64,000 bases of DNA, from the NCBI GenBank assembly GCA_049968255.1, contig JBMFRB010000001.1:192001-256000 (forward strand), given 5' to 3'. The notes beneath the pieces are model-generated. The model was not told the origin of the DNA. It searched no databases and worked only from the letters and a program-made list of their open reading frames with translations. Shown here one piece after another: positions 8,926-19,169 of this stretch. The translations under genes were made by a program, and so were the position numbers. Positions within the stretch are counted from its first letter, which is position 1, and every line of letters starts with the position of its first letter. This DNA is from Candidatus Sumerlaeaceae bacterium. Lineage in GTDB: Bacteria > Sumerlaeota > Sumerlaeia > Sumerlaeales > Sumerlaeaceae.

Positions 8926-11406
8926 GTGACGAAAACTCGGACCAAAACTTCGAAAACCGCGAAAAAATCAAACACTCAGGCGACCGCAAAAAGCCGCGCC
9001 ACAACTCTTGCGTCCGCGGCAAAAAAAAAGATGGCTGGCCGGCATGACGGCAATCGGGCCCTGGTGGTCGTGGAATCGCCTGCCAAGGCAAAGACGCTCA
9101 GCAAATACCTTGGCAAAGACTACCACGTTGAGGCTTCGGTGGGCCACGTCAAGGACCTCCCTGAAAAACGGCTCGGGGTGGATGTGAAACATGACTTCAA
9201 ACCCCAATATGTGGTTTTGCCCGGCAAAGAGAAGGTTTTGCAGCACATCCGCGAGTATGCTTCGCGGGCGCCGCGCATCTTCCTGGCGCCAGATCCTGAT
9301 CGCGAGGGCGAAGCAATTGCGTGGCACATTGCGGAAGATTTACGCGAACACGGAGTGAACGGCGAGATTCTCCGCGCAACGTTCAACGAGATTACCAAGC
9401 GAGCTGTTGAAGAAGGCTTGGCTCACCCCCGCGATCTCGATAAGAACCTTTTCGAGGCGCAGCAGGCGCGCCGCATTCTCGATCGGCTCGTGGGCTACAT
9501 TCTTAGCCCGCTGCTTGGGAAAAAAGTTAGGCGGGGGCTAAGCGCGGGAAGAGTGCAGTCGGTGGCTGTCCGCCTCATCGTCGAAAGAGAACGCGAAATC
9601 CGGAATTTCGAGCCCGAAGAATTTTGGCTAGTCCAGGCCCAGTGCAGCGTTGGCGACGCAGCAACCTTTTCGATGGCGCTGGCTTGCGTTGACGGAGAGA
9701 AAAGCAAACTTAGCTCGGAGGAACAAGCGAGAGAAATCCTGCAGCGGCTTGGCTGCACGGACATTGTCACATCCACGGAAGAGTCAGACTCTGGCGCGCA
9801 AAAAGGGCAAGAGCGGCGTGTGCTATCAGCCAACATTCGCGCCCAATGGCAAGTGAGCAATGTCCAACGCAAACAAATCCGCCGGCGGCCCTCCCCTCCG
9901 TTCATCACAAGCACTTTGCAGCAGGAAGCTGCGCGCAAGCTCGGTATGTCGCCGCGTCAGACCATGCGTGTGGCCCAGCAGCTTTACGAGGGTGTAGAAC
10001 TTGGCGAGTTAGGCGTGACGGGTCTGATCACCTACATGCGCACGGACTCGACACGGATTGCCGCAGAAGCTGTGCAAGCAGCTCGCACCTACATCAAAGA
10101 GACTTTCGGCGCAAACTACTTGCCGGAGTCTCCGAACTTCTTTGAGAAGAAGAAGTCTGCACAGGACGCCCACGAGGCGATACGTCCCACTGATCTCTCG
10201 CTCACGCCCCAGCGAGTAGGCCCGTACTTGGACAAACCACAGCAGCGACTTTACGAATTGATCTGGAACCGCTTCATCGCATCCCAGATGGCGGATGCCA
10301 TTCTCGATCAGGTGCGGATCGAAGCCGAGCCGGCACCTGGCCTCATCTTTTCGAGCGTGGGCACAACGGTGAGATTCCAAGGATTTCTTGCTGCTTACAT
10401 GGAAGGAAAAGACGAGGGCGATAATGGCGACAACGCAGAGGACCGTGTGCCACCTGTGCGCGAGGGTGATTTGCTCGACGTGGTTGGGCTACGCGCCCTG
10501 CAGAAATTCACGCAGCCTCCACCGCGGTTCACCGAGGCATCGCTGGTGAAAGAACTTGAGCGACTGGGAATCGGGCGCCCCTCAACGTACGCGACCATTG
10601 TCTCAACAATTCAGGACCGCAAGTACGTGAAGAAGGCCGAATCAAAGCGGCTTTGTCCCACCGAAATGGGCGAGCTGGTGAGCGATCTCCTCGTCGAGCA
10701 CTTTCCCGACATCATGAATGTGCAATTCACCGCGAAAATGGAGGAGAAGCTCGATGAGATCGAAACGGGAAAGAAAGACTGGCTTGAGCTGCTGCATGAG
10801 TTCTATGCGCGTTTCGCTGAGCAAGTAAAGAAGGCAGAGCAGGAAATGCGCAATGTGAAGCGCGAATACGAGGAAACAGATATCGTGTGCGATAAATGCG
10901 GCCAGGCCAAGATGGTGATAAAGATGGGGCGCAACGGGCGCTTCCTGGCATGCCCACGCTATCCCGATTGCAAGAACACCAAAAATCTCGACGGAGAAAA
11001 ACCTGAAGAAGTCGCACAATTCTGCCCCAACTGCGGCAAGCCTATGGTTATCCGCTCTGGCCGATATGGACGTTTTTTGGCCTGCTCAGGATATCCCGAG
11101 TGCAAAACGGCTATGCCCCTTTCCACGGGGATAAAATGTCCCCAATGTGGAGAGGGCGAACTTGTAGAGGCACAGTCTACGAAAACAAAACGAGTGTATT
11201 GGCGGTGTTCGCATCGAAGCTGCACATATGTTTTGTTCATTAAGCCTGTTGCCCGGCCTTGTCCCAAATGCGGTGCCTCTTTCCTCGTGGAGCGCACGCG
11301 GAAGGATAAGATCTGGTTCGAGTGCATAAAGTGTAAGTATCAGAGTGTCGGTGACTCCGAGACAGAAACTTCAGGTAGCGAATCTTCTGCTAAGGAGAAA
11401 GATTGA
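8926..11406 (+). CDS. topA: DNA topoisomerase I with C-terminal zinc ribbons
   Basis: LVVVESPAKAK, APDPDREGEAI, SAGRVQS, GLITYMRTDS, AQDAHEAIRPT and GIGRPSTYA; four Cys-rich zinc ribbons. Start uncertain (GTG 8926 or ATG 9031). Confidence 0.97.
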   Translation: MTKTRTKTSKTAKKSNTQATAKSRATTLASAAKKKMAGRHDGNRALVVVESPAKAKTLSKYLGKDYHVEASVGHVKDLPEKRLGVDVKHDFKPQYVVLPGKEKVLQHIREYASRAPRIFLAPDPDREGEAIAWHIAEDLREHGVNGEILRATFNEITKRAVEEGLAHPRDLDKNLFEAQQARRILDRLVGYILSPLLGKKVRRGLSAGRVQSVAVRLIVEREREIRNFEPEEFWLVQAQCSVGDAATFSMALACVDGEKSKLSSEEQAREILQRLGCTDIVTSTEESDSGAQKGQERRVLSANIRAQWQVSNVQRKQIRRRPSPPFITSTLQQEAARKLGMSPRQTMRVAQQLYEGVELGELGVTGLITYMRTDSTRIAAEAVQAARTYIKETFGANYLPESPNFFEKKKSAQDAHEAIRPTDLSLTPQRVGPYLDKPQQRLYELIWNRFIASQMADAILDQVRIEAEPAPGLIFSSVGTTVRFQGFLAAYMEGKDEGDNGDNAEDRVPPVREGDLLDVVGLRALQKFTQPPPRFTEASLVKELERLGIGRPSTYATIVSTIQDRKYVKKAESKRLCPTEMGELVSDLLVEHFPDIMNVQFTAKMEEKLDEIETGKKDWLELLHEFYARFAEQVKKAEQEMRNVKREYEETDIVCDKCGQAKMVIKMGRNGRFLACPRYPDCKNTKNLDGEKPEEVAQFCPNCGKPMVIRSGRYGRFLACSGYPECKTAMPLSTGIKCPQCGEGELVEAQSTKTKRVYWRCSHRSCTYVLFIKPVARPCPKCGASFLVERTRKDKIWFECIKCKYQSVGDSETETSGSESSAKEKD

Positions 11407-11530
11407 GGATCCTGCAAAACGTTTGGCGCCGCTTGCCTGCCGGAACATTTTTTTATTGATGTAGCCCCCTTGTTCTAGGAGCTGCATCCGGGAATTCTTG
11501 TGAGAGATTTCGCTAGGAACGTGGAGAACG

Positions 11531-12277
11531 ATGACGAAATGTGATCGCAGCGTGTGGCTGCAAGGTGGAAGCGAGGTTTGCTGCCGCGAGGATGTCCCTC
11601 CGGCGCGTCCTTACCGACTTGTGCTGCTTGGCGCGCCTGGCGTTGGCAAGGGCACTCAGGCCGAACTGCTGAGTGAGCGCCTGCAGGCGTGTCAGCTGTC
11701 GACTGGAGACATCTTCCGTACGGCCAAGGCGGCAGATCCCAGCGCGCTTACGCCGCCTATGCGCGACGCACTTGGTTACATGCAGCGCGGCGAGCTTGTC
11801 CCCGACGACACGGTTATTGCCTTGGTTCGCGAACGCATGGCGTGTCTACGCTGCCCTTACGGCTTCCTCCTCGACGGTTTTCCACGCACGGTGCAACAGG
11901 CAGAAGCATTAGACGAGATGCTCAGCCAGGCGAACCTGCACCTCGACTTCGTGCTCAATTACGTGCTGCCGCTGGAAGAGGTTGTGGACCGCCTAAGCGG
12001 TCGGCGGACATGCCGAGTTTGCAAAACGACCTACCATGTCGTGACGAAGCCGCCACGTCAGCCTGGGATCTGTGACAAGTGCGGCGGCGAGCTTTATCAG
12101 CGTGAAGATGATCGGGCCGAGTCTATTCGCGTGCGCTTGCAGGCGTATCAGGAAAGCACGGCACCGCTTGTGGATTACTACGCCACGCACGGTATCCTGA
12201 GAACAATTTCCGCAGAGGGGACACCCCAAGAAATTTTTGAGCGCACAATGCAATTGCTGAACGAGCGGTCATCCTGA
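11531..12277 (+). CDS. adk: Adenylate kinase (Zn-lid type)
   Basis: GAPGVGKGTQA, STGDIFR, GELVPD, FLLDGFPRT, lid CRVC...CDKC, QREDD. Confidence 0.96.
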   Translation: MTKCDRSVWLQGGSEVCCREDVPPARPYRLVLLGAPGVGKGTQAELLSERLQACQLSTGDIFRTAKAADPSALTPPMRDALGYMQRGELVPDDTVIALVRERMACLRCPYGFLLDGFPRTVQQAEALDEMLSQANLHLDFVLNYVLPLEEVVDRLSGRRTCRVCKTTYHVVTKPPRQPGICDKCGGELYQREDDRAESIRVRLQAYQESTAPLVDYYATHGILRTISAEGTPQEIFERTMQLLNERSS

Positions 12278-12283
12278 GACTGC

Positions 12284-13921
12284 TTACGGTGCTGTCACTT
12301 CCTTGAGCGGGCTGATGATGGCGGCCCATCGAATCGCAGAACTACCTTTGCGCAAGTAGACGCTTACACCGCAAAAGTCCGTTTGGAGATACGTGTGCGC
12401 GAGATACTTCGGCGCATCGGCCAGGGAATTGCGCCAGATGGCACACACGACGTCAGGCTGAAGCGTGCCAATCGAGTAAGCATAGTCCCATTTGAGGTGC
12501 CCCGGATAGAATTCCCGATAGGCAGGGAGCCGGAGCATGCCCCGATGAGCCGGCAAACGCGCCACGTGCCAATCGGATTTACCGAGGAGGTCAATCATGT
12601 TGCGTTCGAGGAAATAGGGTGCCGTTCCAGCATAGTCGATAGCGACCCGTGCCTGCGGCGTAGTGATTTTTGCCAACCATCGCGCAAGCTCAACATTGCG
12701 CTGGTTGTCTTCACGATAAGGTGGTGGCGCAAGCAGGAACGCCTGGCGCAAGGATGTTACTCCATAAAAGCAATTTCCCCACACCGCGAAGGCAAAAACT
12801 AAGAGCGCGACGATGCCACTTCGCCAGCGATGGGTGGCGCGCTGATAGGTGCTGGCGATCAGCGCTGTGAGAAGGACAAACGCAAGGGGCATCGCAGGCG
12901 CAATGAATCTGTTCGCGCCAGTCACGCCCTCCCACGCATCACCTCCGACATAAATAGAATAAGCGGTCTGCATCACCACGAAAGCGCCCACAATAAGAAG
13001 CTGGTCGCGGTGATGGCGCCAAAGATCGCGCAATGCCGGGAGCGTCACGCGCCAGAGGATGACAAAGGCCCCAACGAATGGAAGTAACAAAATTCCCCAG
13101 AACTTTGCTGCCTGAAAGGCCCCGCGAGTCGCACGCAAGAGCGGGGGAAACCCAGTCATCTTGAGATAATACGTATTCGGCAACCAGTCTCCATAGTAAA
13201 GCCGGCGAAAAACTGTCCAACCGCCAGCAACGACGAAAAAAAGCAACACGGCCGCAAGAAGAATACGTGCCCTCTGTTTTGGCCAGATTCGCGTGGCCAG
13301 GATTGCCGCTGTGGCGTGCGGAACAACTCCGTCGGGGCGCAACGCCATCGCCACAGACGTAGGAGCGAAACAAACAGCGCGAAAGTTTCGACTTTCTAAT
13401 CCCCGCAAGAGAGATAAGCTCGTGAGCGAAATCAAGGGGGTGAGAGGGGCAACGTCCATCCCCTGAAGAGCCCAGTTATTTAGAGGGAAATAAAAGGCAA
13501 CGAGTGTCGTGCATGCGAGGGCGAAAGGCAACAAGAGCAACCGCCTAGCAATAGCAAAAACTATTATCATGTTAACAAGCAAACATAGTTCTCCAAGCAA
13601 CTGAACGACGAGGCTTGTCTTCGATTGTGGTATCGGCGCGAAATGCACGAGCGCCATGACAAGGCACCACAGCGGATTGGTGTAACCTTCGACTGGCGGC
13701 TCTCCTGGATTCCAAACCCATCCATACCCGAGTGCAAGATTACGCGCATAGCGCATGGACACCATGGCGTCATCCATCAGGCAGAAGTAACGTTCCCCCT
13801 GCACAACAAAGCTCGAACGAAGGATGAACGCCACTGCATAGAACACGTGCGCACAAAGCAGCAAGAAAAGCCACCTCGCGCCAGAGTGAGAGAAAAAGCT
13901 TTTTTTCACCGCGTGATTCAT
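12284..13921 (-). CDS. GT-C fold membrane glycosyltransferase (AftB/ArnT-like)
   Basis: Multi-TM; first loop DDAMVSMRYARNLALGYGWVWNPGEPPVEGYTNPLW, plus RPDG, YYGDWLPNTYYLK, GGDAW and IDLLGKSD. Confidence 0.78.
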   Translation of the reverse strand: MNHAVKKSFFSHSGARWLFLLLCAHVFYAVAFILRSSFVVQGERYFCLMDDAMVSMRYARNLALGYGWVWNPGEPPVEGYTNPLWCLVMALVHFAPIPQSKTSLVVQLLGELCLLVNMIIVFAIARRLLLLPFALACTTLVAFYFPLNNWALQGMDVAPLTPLISLTSLSLLRGLESRNFRAVCFAPTSVAMALRPDGVVPHATAAILATRIWPKQRARILLAAVLLFFVVAGGWTVFRRLYYGDWLPNTYYLKMTGFPPLLRATRGAFQAAKFWGILLLPFVGAFVILWRVTLPALRDLWRHHRDQLLIVGAFVVMQTAYSIYVGGDAWEGVTGANRFIAPAMPLAFVLLTALIASTYQRATHRWRSGIVALLVFAFAVWGNCFYGVTSLRQAFLLAPPPYREDNQRNVELARWLAKITTPQARVAIDYAGTAPYFLERNMIDLLGKSDWHVARLPAHRGMLRLPAYREFYPGHLKWDYAYSIGTLQPDVVCAIWRNSLADAPKYLAHTYLQTDFCGVSVYLRKGSSAIRWAAIISPLKEVTAP

Positions 13922-14038
13922 TGCGCATTCTTGCTCAGTGCGCTATCGCAATCTACTTGAGAACAACTTTTGTTGCTATGAGGACTTCATGCTCAAGATC
14001 TTCGTGTAAGTTAACATGCGTTGAAGGAATGTCACGTC

Positions 14039-15220
14039 ATGGAAGTGAGAACTCTCAAAGCCACCGAGTTGGAGAAACTGGGGCTTCTTTACCGCAATGC
14101 CTACCGCATCGATAAGGCAACCGCACTGCAGTGGCTGGAAGGGATCGTGCCCGAGCAAACGTATGTGCTGGCTGATGCGCATCGTGTGCTGAGTGCAATC
14201 CAGATTATTCCTTACGAAGTGGTCATTGGCGAGCGAGCTGTGCCTATGGGTGGCATTGGAGGCGTGGCAACTTGGGCCGATCAACAAGGCTTTGGCTACG
14301 CGGGTCGCCTGATGGCCTCCAGCGTTCCCCGAATGCACGAGCTGGGGTGTGCGGTATCGTTCCTTTATCCGTTTTCGTACCGCTATTATGGAAAATTTGG
14401 ATGGGCTTTGGCGTCGCGGCGTGCTGTGTACACAAACATCCGCCCCCAAGATCTACCGCGCGGGAAAGAGGCCCCACGCGTGAGGGCGGTAGTGACGGAG
14501 GATGATTGGGCGCAAGCGAACACTGCCTACACCCTGGGGTTCCGCACGTACAATTGTTTGGCAAAACGTGGGCCACGCGAATGGAATCAACAGAAAAAGA
14601 AAGTTGCGGAGTCGCGCTACCATGCCTATCTGGTGCTGGACGAGGGGGGAAACGGCCAAGGTTATTTCACATGCGAAGATGTTCAGCTCGGGCCGTTCGC
14701 TTACGAGACTGTGGTGAAGGATTTCATTTGCGCCGACGCTTCTGCCTGTCGCGAAGTGATCAGTTTTCTCGCACAGCTTCCGACGAACGTGACAAAAGTG
14801 ACCATTGGTCTGCCCGAGAAACCTTGGCTTTGGCAGTTTTTCAAAGAGCCGTTCGTGGAGACGCGCATGGATCCATGGTTTATGGCACGTGTCGTAGATG
14901 TGGAAAAGGCCTGCAGTGCGCGCGGCTATGCTTGCACCAGCCCCGTGGATGTTAGTTTTGCGCTGCACGACACATATGGTCCCTGGAACGAGGGAACTTG
15001 GCATCTGCACGTGGATAACGGCCATGGGATTATCGAACGCACCAGTAAAACGGCGGAGCTCGACCTTTCCATCGGGCAATTTTCCGCGATTTTTGTCGGT
15101 TTCTCCGATCCGCTCGAGCTAGTCGAACACGGCGAGCTTCCAGTCAGCAGCGCAAATGCGGCGACACGAATGGCGGAAATCTTCCACGACAAGCCGACTC
15201 ATCTCATTGATTTCTTTTGA
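14039..15220 (+). CDS. Eis-family GNAT acetyltransferase
   Basis: GGIGGVATWADQQGFGYA, LYPFSYRYYGKFGW, MARVVDVEKA and a C-terminal SCP2-like D..GPWNEG segment ending in DFF. Confidence 0.88.
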   Translation: MEVRTLKATELEKLGLLYRNAYRIDKATALQWLEGIVPEQTYVLADAHRVLSAIQIIPYEVVIGERAVPMGGIGGVATWADQQGFGYAGRLMASSVPRMHELGCAVSFLYPFSYRYYGKFGWALASRRAVYTNIRPQDLPRGKEAPRVRAVVTEDDWAQANTAYTLGFRTYNCLAKRGPREWNQQKKKVAESRYHAYLVLDEGGNGQGYFTCEDVQLGPFAYETVVKDFICADASACREVISFLAQLPTNVTKVTIGLPEKPWLWQFFKEPFVETRMDPWFMARVVDVEKACSARGYACTSPVDVSFALHDTYGPWNEGTWHLHVDNGHGIIERTSKTAELDLSIGQFSAIFVGFSDPLELVEHGELPVSSANAATRMAEIFHDKPTHLIDFF

Positions 15221-15298
15221 GAAAATGAGAGGGGGGGCAGCCACACTTCGCTTGAATGATTGACTCAGTGCCTGTAGTGCGCGAGAAGCCGTGACGCG

Positions 15299-16792
15299 AT
15301 GGCTCGCGAGAACATTTTGATCGTAAGCTACGACTTCCCGCCGGCGCTTTCTGGAGTGAGGCGGGTTGTCAAATTTGCGAAGTATCTTCCGGAGTTTGGT
15401 TATCACCCGATCGTTCTCGCAGCGACAGCGGTTCCCACCCAGCCGATGGATCGGCTTGCTGAGCAAGAGGTGATCGCCTGCGGTTATCCTGTTTACCGAA
15501 CCGCCGCTTGTGACCTAAACCACGTCTGGGCCGCTATGGCGTCTGTAGGGCCCGCCATGAGAGCCCTGAAACAGAGGCTCATGGCCAAACTTGATCTTTC
15601 CGCAAGTGAGCATTTGGCGCACTTGAGCAAAGAAAGAAGTGAACAAGTTGAAATAGGACCGCAAGTTTTCGCAGAGGCCCCATTGAGCGCGAGAAGCGAA
15701 ACCTCATCGCGTTTGCGTCCATGGCTGCGGTTGTTCGCCAAACAAGCACGCCGTTGGCTTTATTTTCCTGACGATCGTGTGGGTTGGCTGCCGTTTGCCA
15801 TTCCGACGGCAAATCACATTTTGGACACGCGGCCGGTCCGTTATGTTCTCACAACGTCGTATCCAAACTCCACGCATTTGGTCGGTCTGAGCTTGAAGCG
15901 CAAGTACCGCCTTTTCTGGATTGCTGACTTTCGTGATGGTTGGACAACCAACCCGTATTTTGCGAATTATCCGACACGTGTGCATCGGCTGCTCAACAAG
16001 CGGTGGGAACGCGCAGTGGCACGGGAGGCTGATCTGCTGCTCGCCGTGAGCGAGCCGATCGCGGAGCACCTCCGCGAGCTATCTTGCGATCCGGGGAAGG
16101 TGCACGTGATTGCGAACGGTTTCGATCCGGACGACTATCCACCGGTGCTGGCACCGGCCAACGACAAATTTACGCTGGTCTACACCGGCACTCTTTTCGG
16201 CCAACGCTCTCCTGAGCCACTCTTCGCAGCCATGCGCATCTTATTCGATAAATATCCCAAGCTGGAAGACGAGTTTCAGGTGGTGCTGCTGGCGCAGCTT
16301 CAACCCGAACATTATGCAATGCTTGAGCGCTATGGTCTTGCAGGAAAAGCGCTCAAGGGCGGAAAACTCGTTTCTCATCGTGAGGCGATCGAGGCCCAAT
16401 GGCGTGCTGATGCGCTTCTGGCAATCGAGGGAGCTGCATTGCATGGAGAGATGATGCTGACGCAGAAAGTCTTCGAGTATATGGCCGCCGGCAAGCCCGT
16501 GCTGGCAATTACACCAGAAAATGCGCTTGCGCGCATCGTGCGCCACACAGGGATTGGCTGCGTAGTGTCCCCCGACGATATTGAACTGCTCGTGACAAGG
16601 CTGTATGAGCTTTTTATGGGAACGTTCCCATATCGGCCGCAAAGCGAAATTATAACAAAATATCATCGGCGAAATCAAGCGGCGCAGCTTGCCCACTTGC
16701 TGGAGAGGCTGCGCGCCAATGAAATCTCGGCATTGCGCGGCAAGGGGGATAACCGGGTACAAGAAGGCCCCCATGAATATTGGACCAAATAA
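15299..16792 (+). CDS. Glycosyltransferase family 4
   Basis: ILIVSYDFPP, WIADFRDGW, VIANGFD, YTGTL, KVFEYMAAGKPVL. Confidence 0.88.
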   Translation: MARENILIVSYDFPPALSGVRRVVKFAKYLPEFGYHPIVLAATAVPTQPMDRLAEQEVIACGYPVYRTAACDLNHVWAAMASVGPAMRALKQRLMAKLDLSASEHLAHLSKERSEQVEIGPQVFAEAPLSARSETSSRLRPWLRLFAKQARRWLYFPDDRVGWLPFAIPTANHILDTRPVRYVLTTSYPNSTHLVGLSLKRKYRLFWIADFRDGWTTNPYFANYPTRVHRLLNKRWERAVAREADLLLAVSEPIAEHLRELSCDPGKVHVIANGFDPDDYPPVLAPANDKFTLVYTGTLFGQRSPEPLFAAMRILFDKYPKLEDEFQVVLLAQLQPEHYAMLERYGLAGKALKGGKLVSHREAIEAQWRADALLAIEGAALHGEMMLTQKVFEYMAAGKPVLAITPENALARIVRHTGIGCVVSPDDIELLVTRLYELFMGTFPYRPQSEIITKYHRRNQAAQLAHLLERLRANEISALRGKGDNRVQEGPHEYWTK

Positions 16793-16856
16793 GTACTATT
16801 ATAAAACATCTCTGGTAATAACAAATCATCGCGGACAATGAAAGGAGAGCGAAACT

Positions 16857-17489
16857 ATGTCGTCCCCAGAGGGGAACAATGTCGCCTCACTCTCGGAACG
16901 GAGCCAGCGAGCCTTAGCTCGCCTGCAAGAAATTTTCCAGGTCTCGTGGATCCCCGAAGGACTTCGCGCTTTTGCGCTTTCGGAAAATGGCATTAACGAT
17001 CTCTACATGAATCTGAATCGTCATTTGCAGGACGGCAAACTTAGTCGGAAAGAAAAACTGCTCGTAGCACTCGGCGTCGCCGCGGCGACGGGCTCAAGGG
17101 ATGCGATGCGTTTTCTTCGCGATGCAGCAATTGCCGCAGGGGCAAGCCAGACCGACGCGACTGAGACGCTTGCCAGTGCTGTGGCGTGCAGCATCTATAA
17201 CGGCTATTACAAATTCCGCAGCTTGGTGCCGGAGGAGTTTGCACCTGCATTTGCGGAATTCAAGGCATCGTTCAACGCCACTATGTTTGTGAAACCGCCT
17301 TTCGACGAGAAATTGGTCGAGGCGATTTGCATTGCCGTCTCCACTGTGAACAATTGCAAGAAGTGTGTCGAGGGCCACGTGGCGAAAGCGAAAAGCCTGG
17401 GCCTGAGCGATGAGCAGATTGACGAGGTTCTCAAGGCGGGAACTGTGGCCTTTGGGTTCGCGCTCGCCTGTGAGACGTGCTCGTGCTGA
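16857..17489 (+). CDS. ahpD: Alkylhydroperoxidase AhpD / carboxymuconolactone decarboxylase family protein
   Basis: EAICIAVSTVNNCKKCVEGH (CxxC...H) and a YNGYYKFR motif; directly upstream of a peroxiredoxin. Confidence 0.82.
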   Translation: MSSPEGNNVASLSERSQRALARLQEIFQVSWIPEGLRAFALSENGINDLYMNLNRHLQDGKLSRKEKLLVALGVAAATGSRDAMRFLRDAAIAAGASQTDATETLASAVACSIYNGYYKFRSLVPEEFAPAFAEFKASFNATMFVKPPFDEKLVEAICIAVSTVNNCKKCVEGHVAKAKSLGLSDEQIDEVLKAGTVAFGFALACETCSC

Positions 17490-17596
17490 GCTTGCAGGTC
17501 GTCGCCGTTTTTCGCGAAGTTCCGAAATGAAGAGAGTGTGGTCATGGTAAATATGACCGGATCGGTACGACAACTACCAGCGAAAGGAAAAGGAGT

Positions 17597-18124
17597 ATGA
17601 TCACAGTTGGTCAAAAGTGCCCGGATTTCAAACTCAAGGCTCTTGTAGGTGAAGACATTAGCCAGACAGTTTCCCTTGAGGACTATAAAGGGAAGTGGCT
17701 GGTCATCTACTTTTATCCCCTGGACTTCACATTTGTTTGCCCCACGGAAATCAAAGGGTTCAGCGATGCGGTTCCAGATTTCGAAGACCGCAATTGTGCG
17801 GTCATTGGTGGCTCATGCGACAGCGTTTACAGCCATCTCGGCTGGGTCCGTGCCAAGGAAGAATTGAAAGGTTTGAAGCACCCACTCTTCTCTGACTACA
17901 CGAAGTCGTTCTCGCGCGCTCTTGGCATTCTCGATGAAGAGTTGGGTGTGAGCCGCAGGGCCACCTTTATTGTGGATCCCGACGGAATCGTGCGTTTTGT
18001 TTACGTTACGGATCTGAACGTTGGGCGTGATCCCAAAGAGGTATTGCGGGTGCTTGATGCGCTGCAGAGCGGCGAGCTCTGCCCGTGTGGTTGGAAGCCT
18101 GGCGATCCGACCATCAAACTATAA
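17597..18124 (+). CDS. ahpC: 2-Cys peroxiredoxin AhpC
   Basis: FYPLDFTFVCPTE, RATFIVDPDG, GR..EVLRVLDALQSGELCP; AGGAG SD. Confidence 0.95.
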   Translation: MITVGQKCPDFKLKALVGEDISQTVSLEDYKGKWLVIYFYPLDFTFVCPTEIKGFSDAVPDFEDRNCAVIGGSCDSVYSHLGWVRAKEELKGLKHPLFSDYTKSFSRALGILDEELGVSRRATFIVDPDGIVRFVYVTDLNVGRDPKEVLRVLDALQSGELCPCGWKPGDPTIKL

Positions 18125-18231
18125 AATTTTCTCGTAACAAGATACTCAGCAGCAAGCCGGTGTCCGTCCTCCGCGGTCGGCCACCGGCTTGTACATTTTG
18201 AACCCACGCGTAATTGGGCCGAGGCCTTTTC

Positions 18232-19035
18232 TCAGAAATCTTTCATAGGGCTGCTTGCCGAAGCATAGCGCTTTTTGGGAATCCGGCCAGCAAGGTAAGC
18301 AAGTCGCCCAGCTTCGCAGGCTAGCTTCATGGCGCGAGCCATCTTGACGGGATCCTGTGCACAAGCGATGCCAGTATTGAGAAGGACGCCATCCACACCC
18401 AGCTCCATCGCGATAGCGACGTCGGAAGCTGTGCCAACTCCTGCGTCCACGATGATCGGGACTTTGGCATTTTCCAAAATAATGGAGATATTTGTGGGAT
18501 TCAAAATGCCGAGCCCGCTACCTATGGGGGAACCGAGAGGCATCACGGCTGTTGCACCCGCCTCTTCGAGTTTTTTTGCGATGACGGGGTCATCGTTGGT
18601 GTAGGCCAGAACCTTGAATCCTTCCTTCACTAGCAGCTTTGTGGCCTCCAGCGTTTCAAGGGGATCCGGCAGAAGCGTTTTCTGTTCGCTAAGAACTTCG
18701 AGCTTGACCATATCACCGAGGCCAAGTTCGCGCGCCAGCAGGCACACTTTGATCGCGTCTTCCTTAGCAAAGCAGCCAGCCGTATTGGGCAGGATCGTGT
18801 ATTTTTGGCGATCGAGATAATCGAGGAGATTCTTCTGGCCGCGCTTATGAGCATCGAGGTCCACGCGGCGCAGCGCCACTGTGACGACTTCGCACCCAGA
18901 GGCTTCGAGCGCTTCGACCATGAGTTCAAACGATGCGTACTTACCGGTACCGACGAAGAGGCGTGAACGGAATTCGCGTCCTCCGAGGACCAGCGGTTTG
19001 TCTGCCGGCAAAGGGCGGGCGTTGTCACTTGTCAT
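18232..19035 (-). CDS. thiG: Thiazole synthase
   Basis: [47 protein letters not shown]. Confidence 0.96.
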   Translation of the reverse strand: MTSDNARPLPADKPLVLGGREFRSRLFVGTGKYASFELMVEALEASGCEVVTVALRRVDLDAHKRGQKNLLDYLDRQKYTILPNTAGCFAKEDAIKVCLLARELGLGDMVKLEVLSEQKTLLPDPLETLEATKLLVKEGFKVLAYTNDDPVIAKKLEEAGATAVMPLGSPIGSGLGILNPTNISIILENAKVPIIVDAGVGTASDVAIAMELGVDGVLLNTGIACAQDPVKMARAMKLACEAGRLAYLAGRIPKKRYASASSPMKDF

Positions 19036-19169
19036 GGGTCTTGTTCATCCTTTCCAGAGGCGGAAAACCAGTGGACAATCGTGTGTCCCACTTCAGCTTT
19101 TGCGCAAAACTTAGGTAAAAACGAAGCGGGCTTTTCTATTCAGCCTCTTTGCAACGCACGTCCAGTCAC

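Noticed and set aside
17492-17500. TTGCAGGTC resembling the E. coli fdhF SECIS core
   Set aside because: It is too close to the TGA and lacks the complementary TGCA arm, so it does not count as SECIS evidence.
19036-19169. Possible TPP riboswitch upstream of thiG
   Set aside because: Only small hairpins are present; the CTGAGA and ACCTGA...GCG.AGGGA core motifs are absent.
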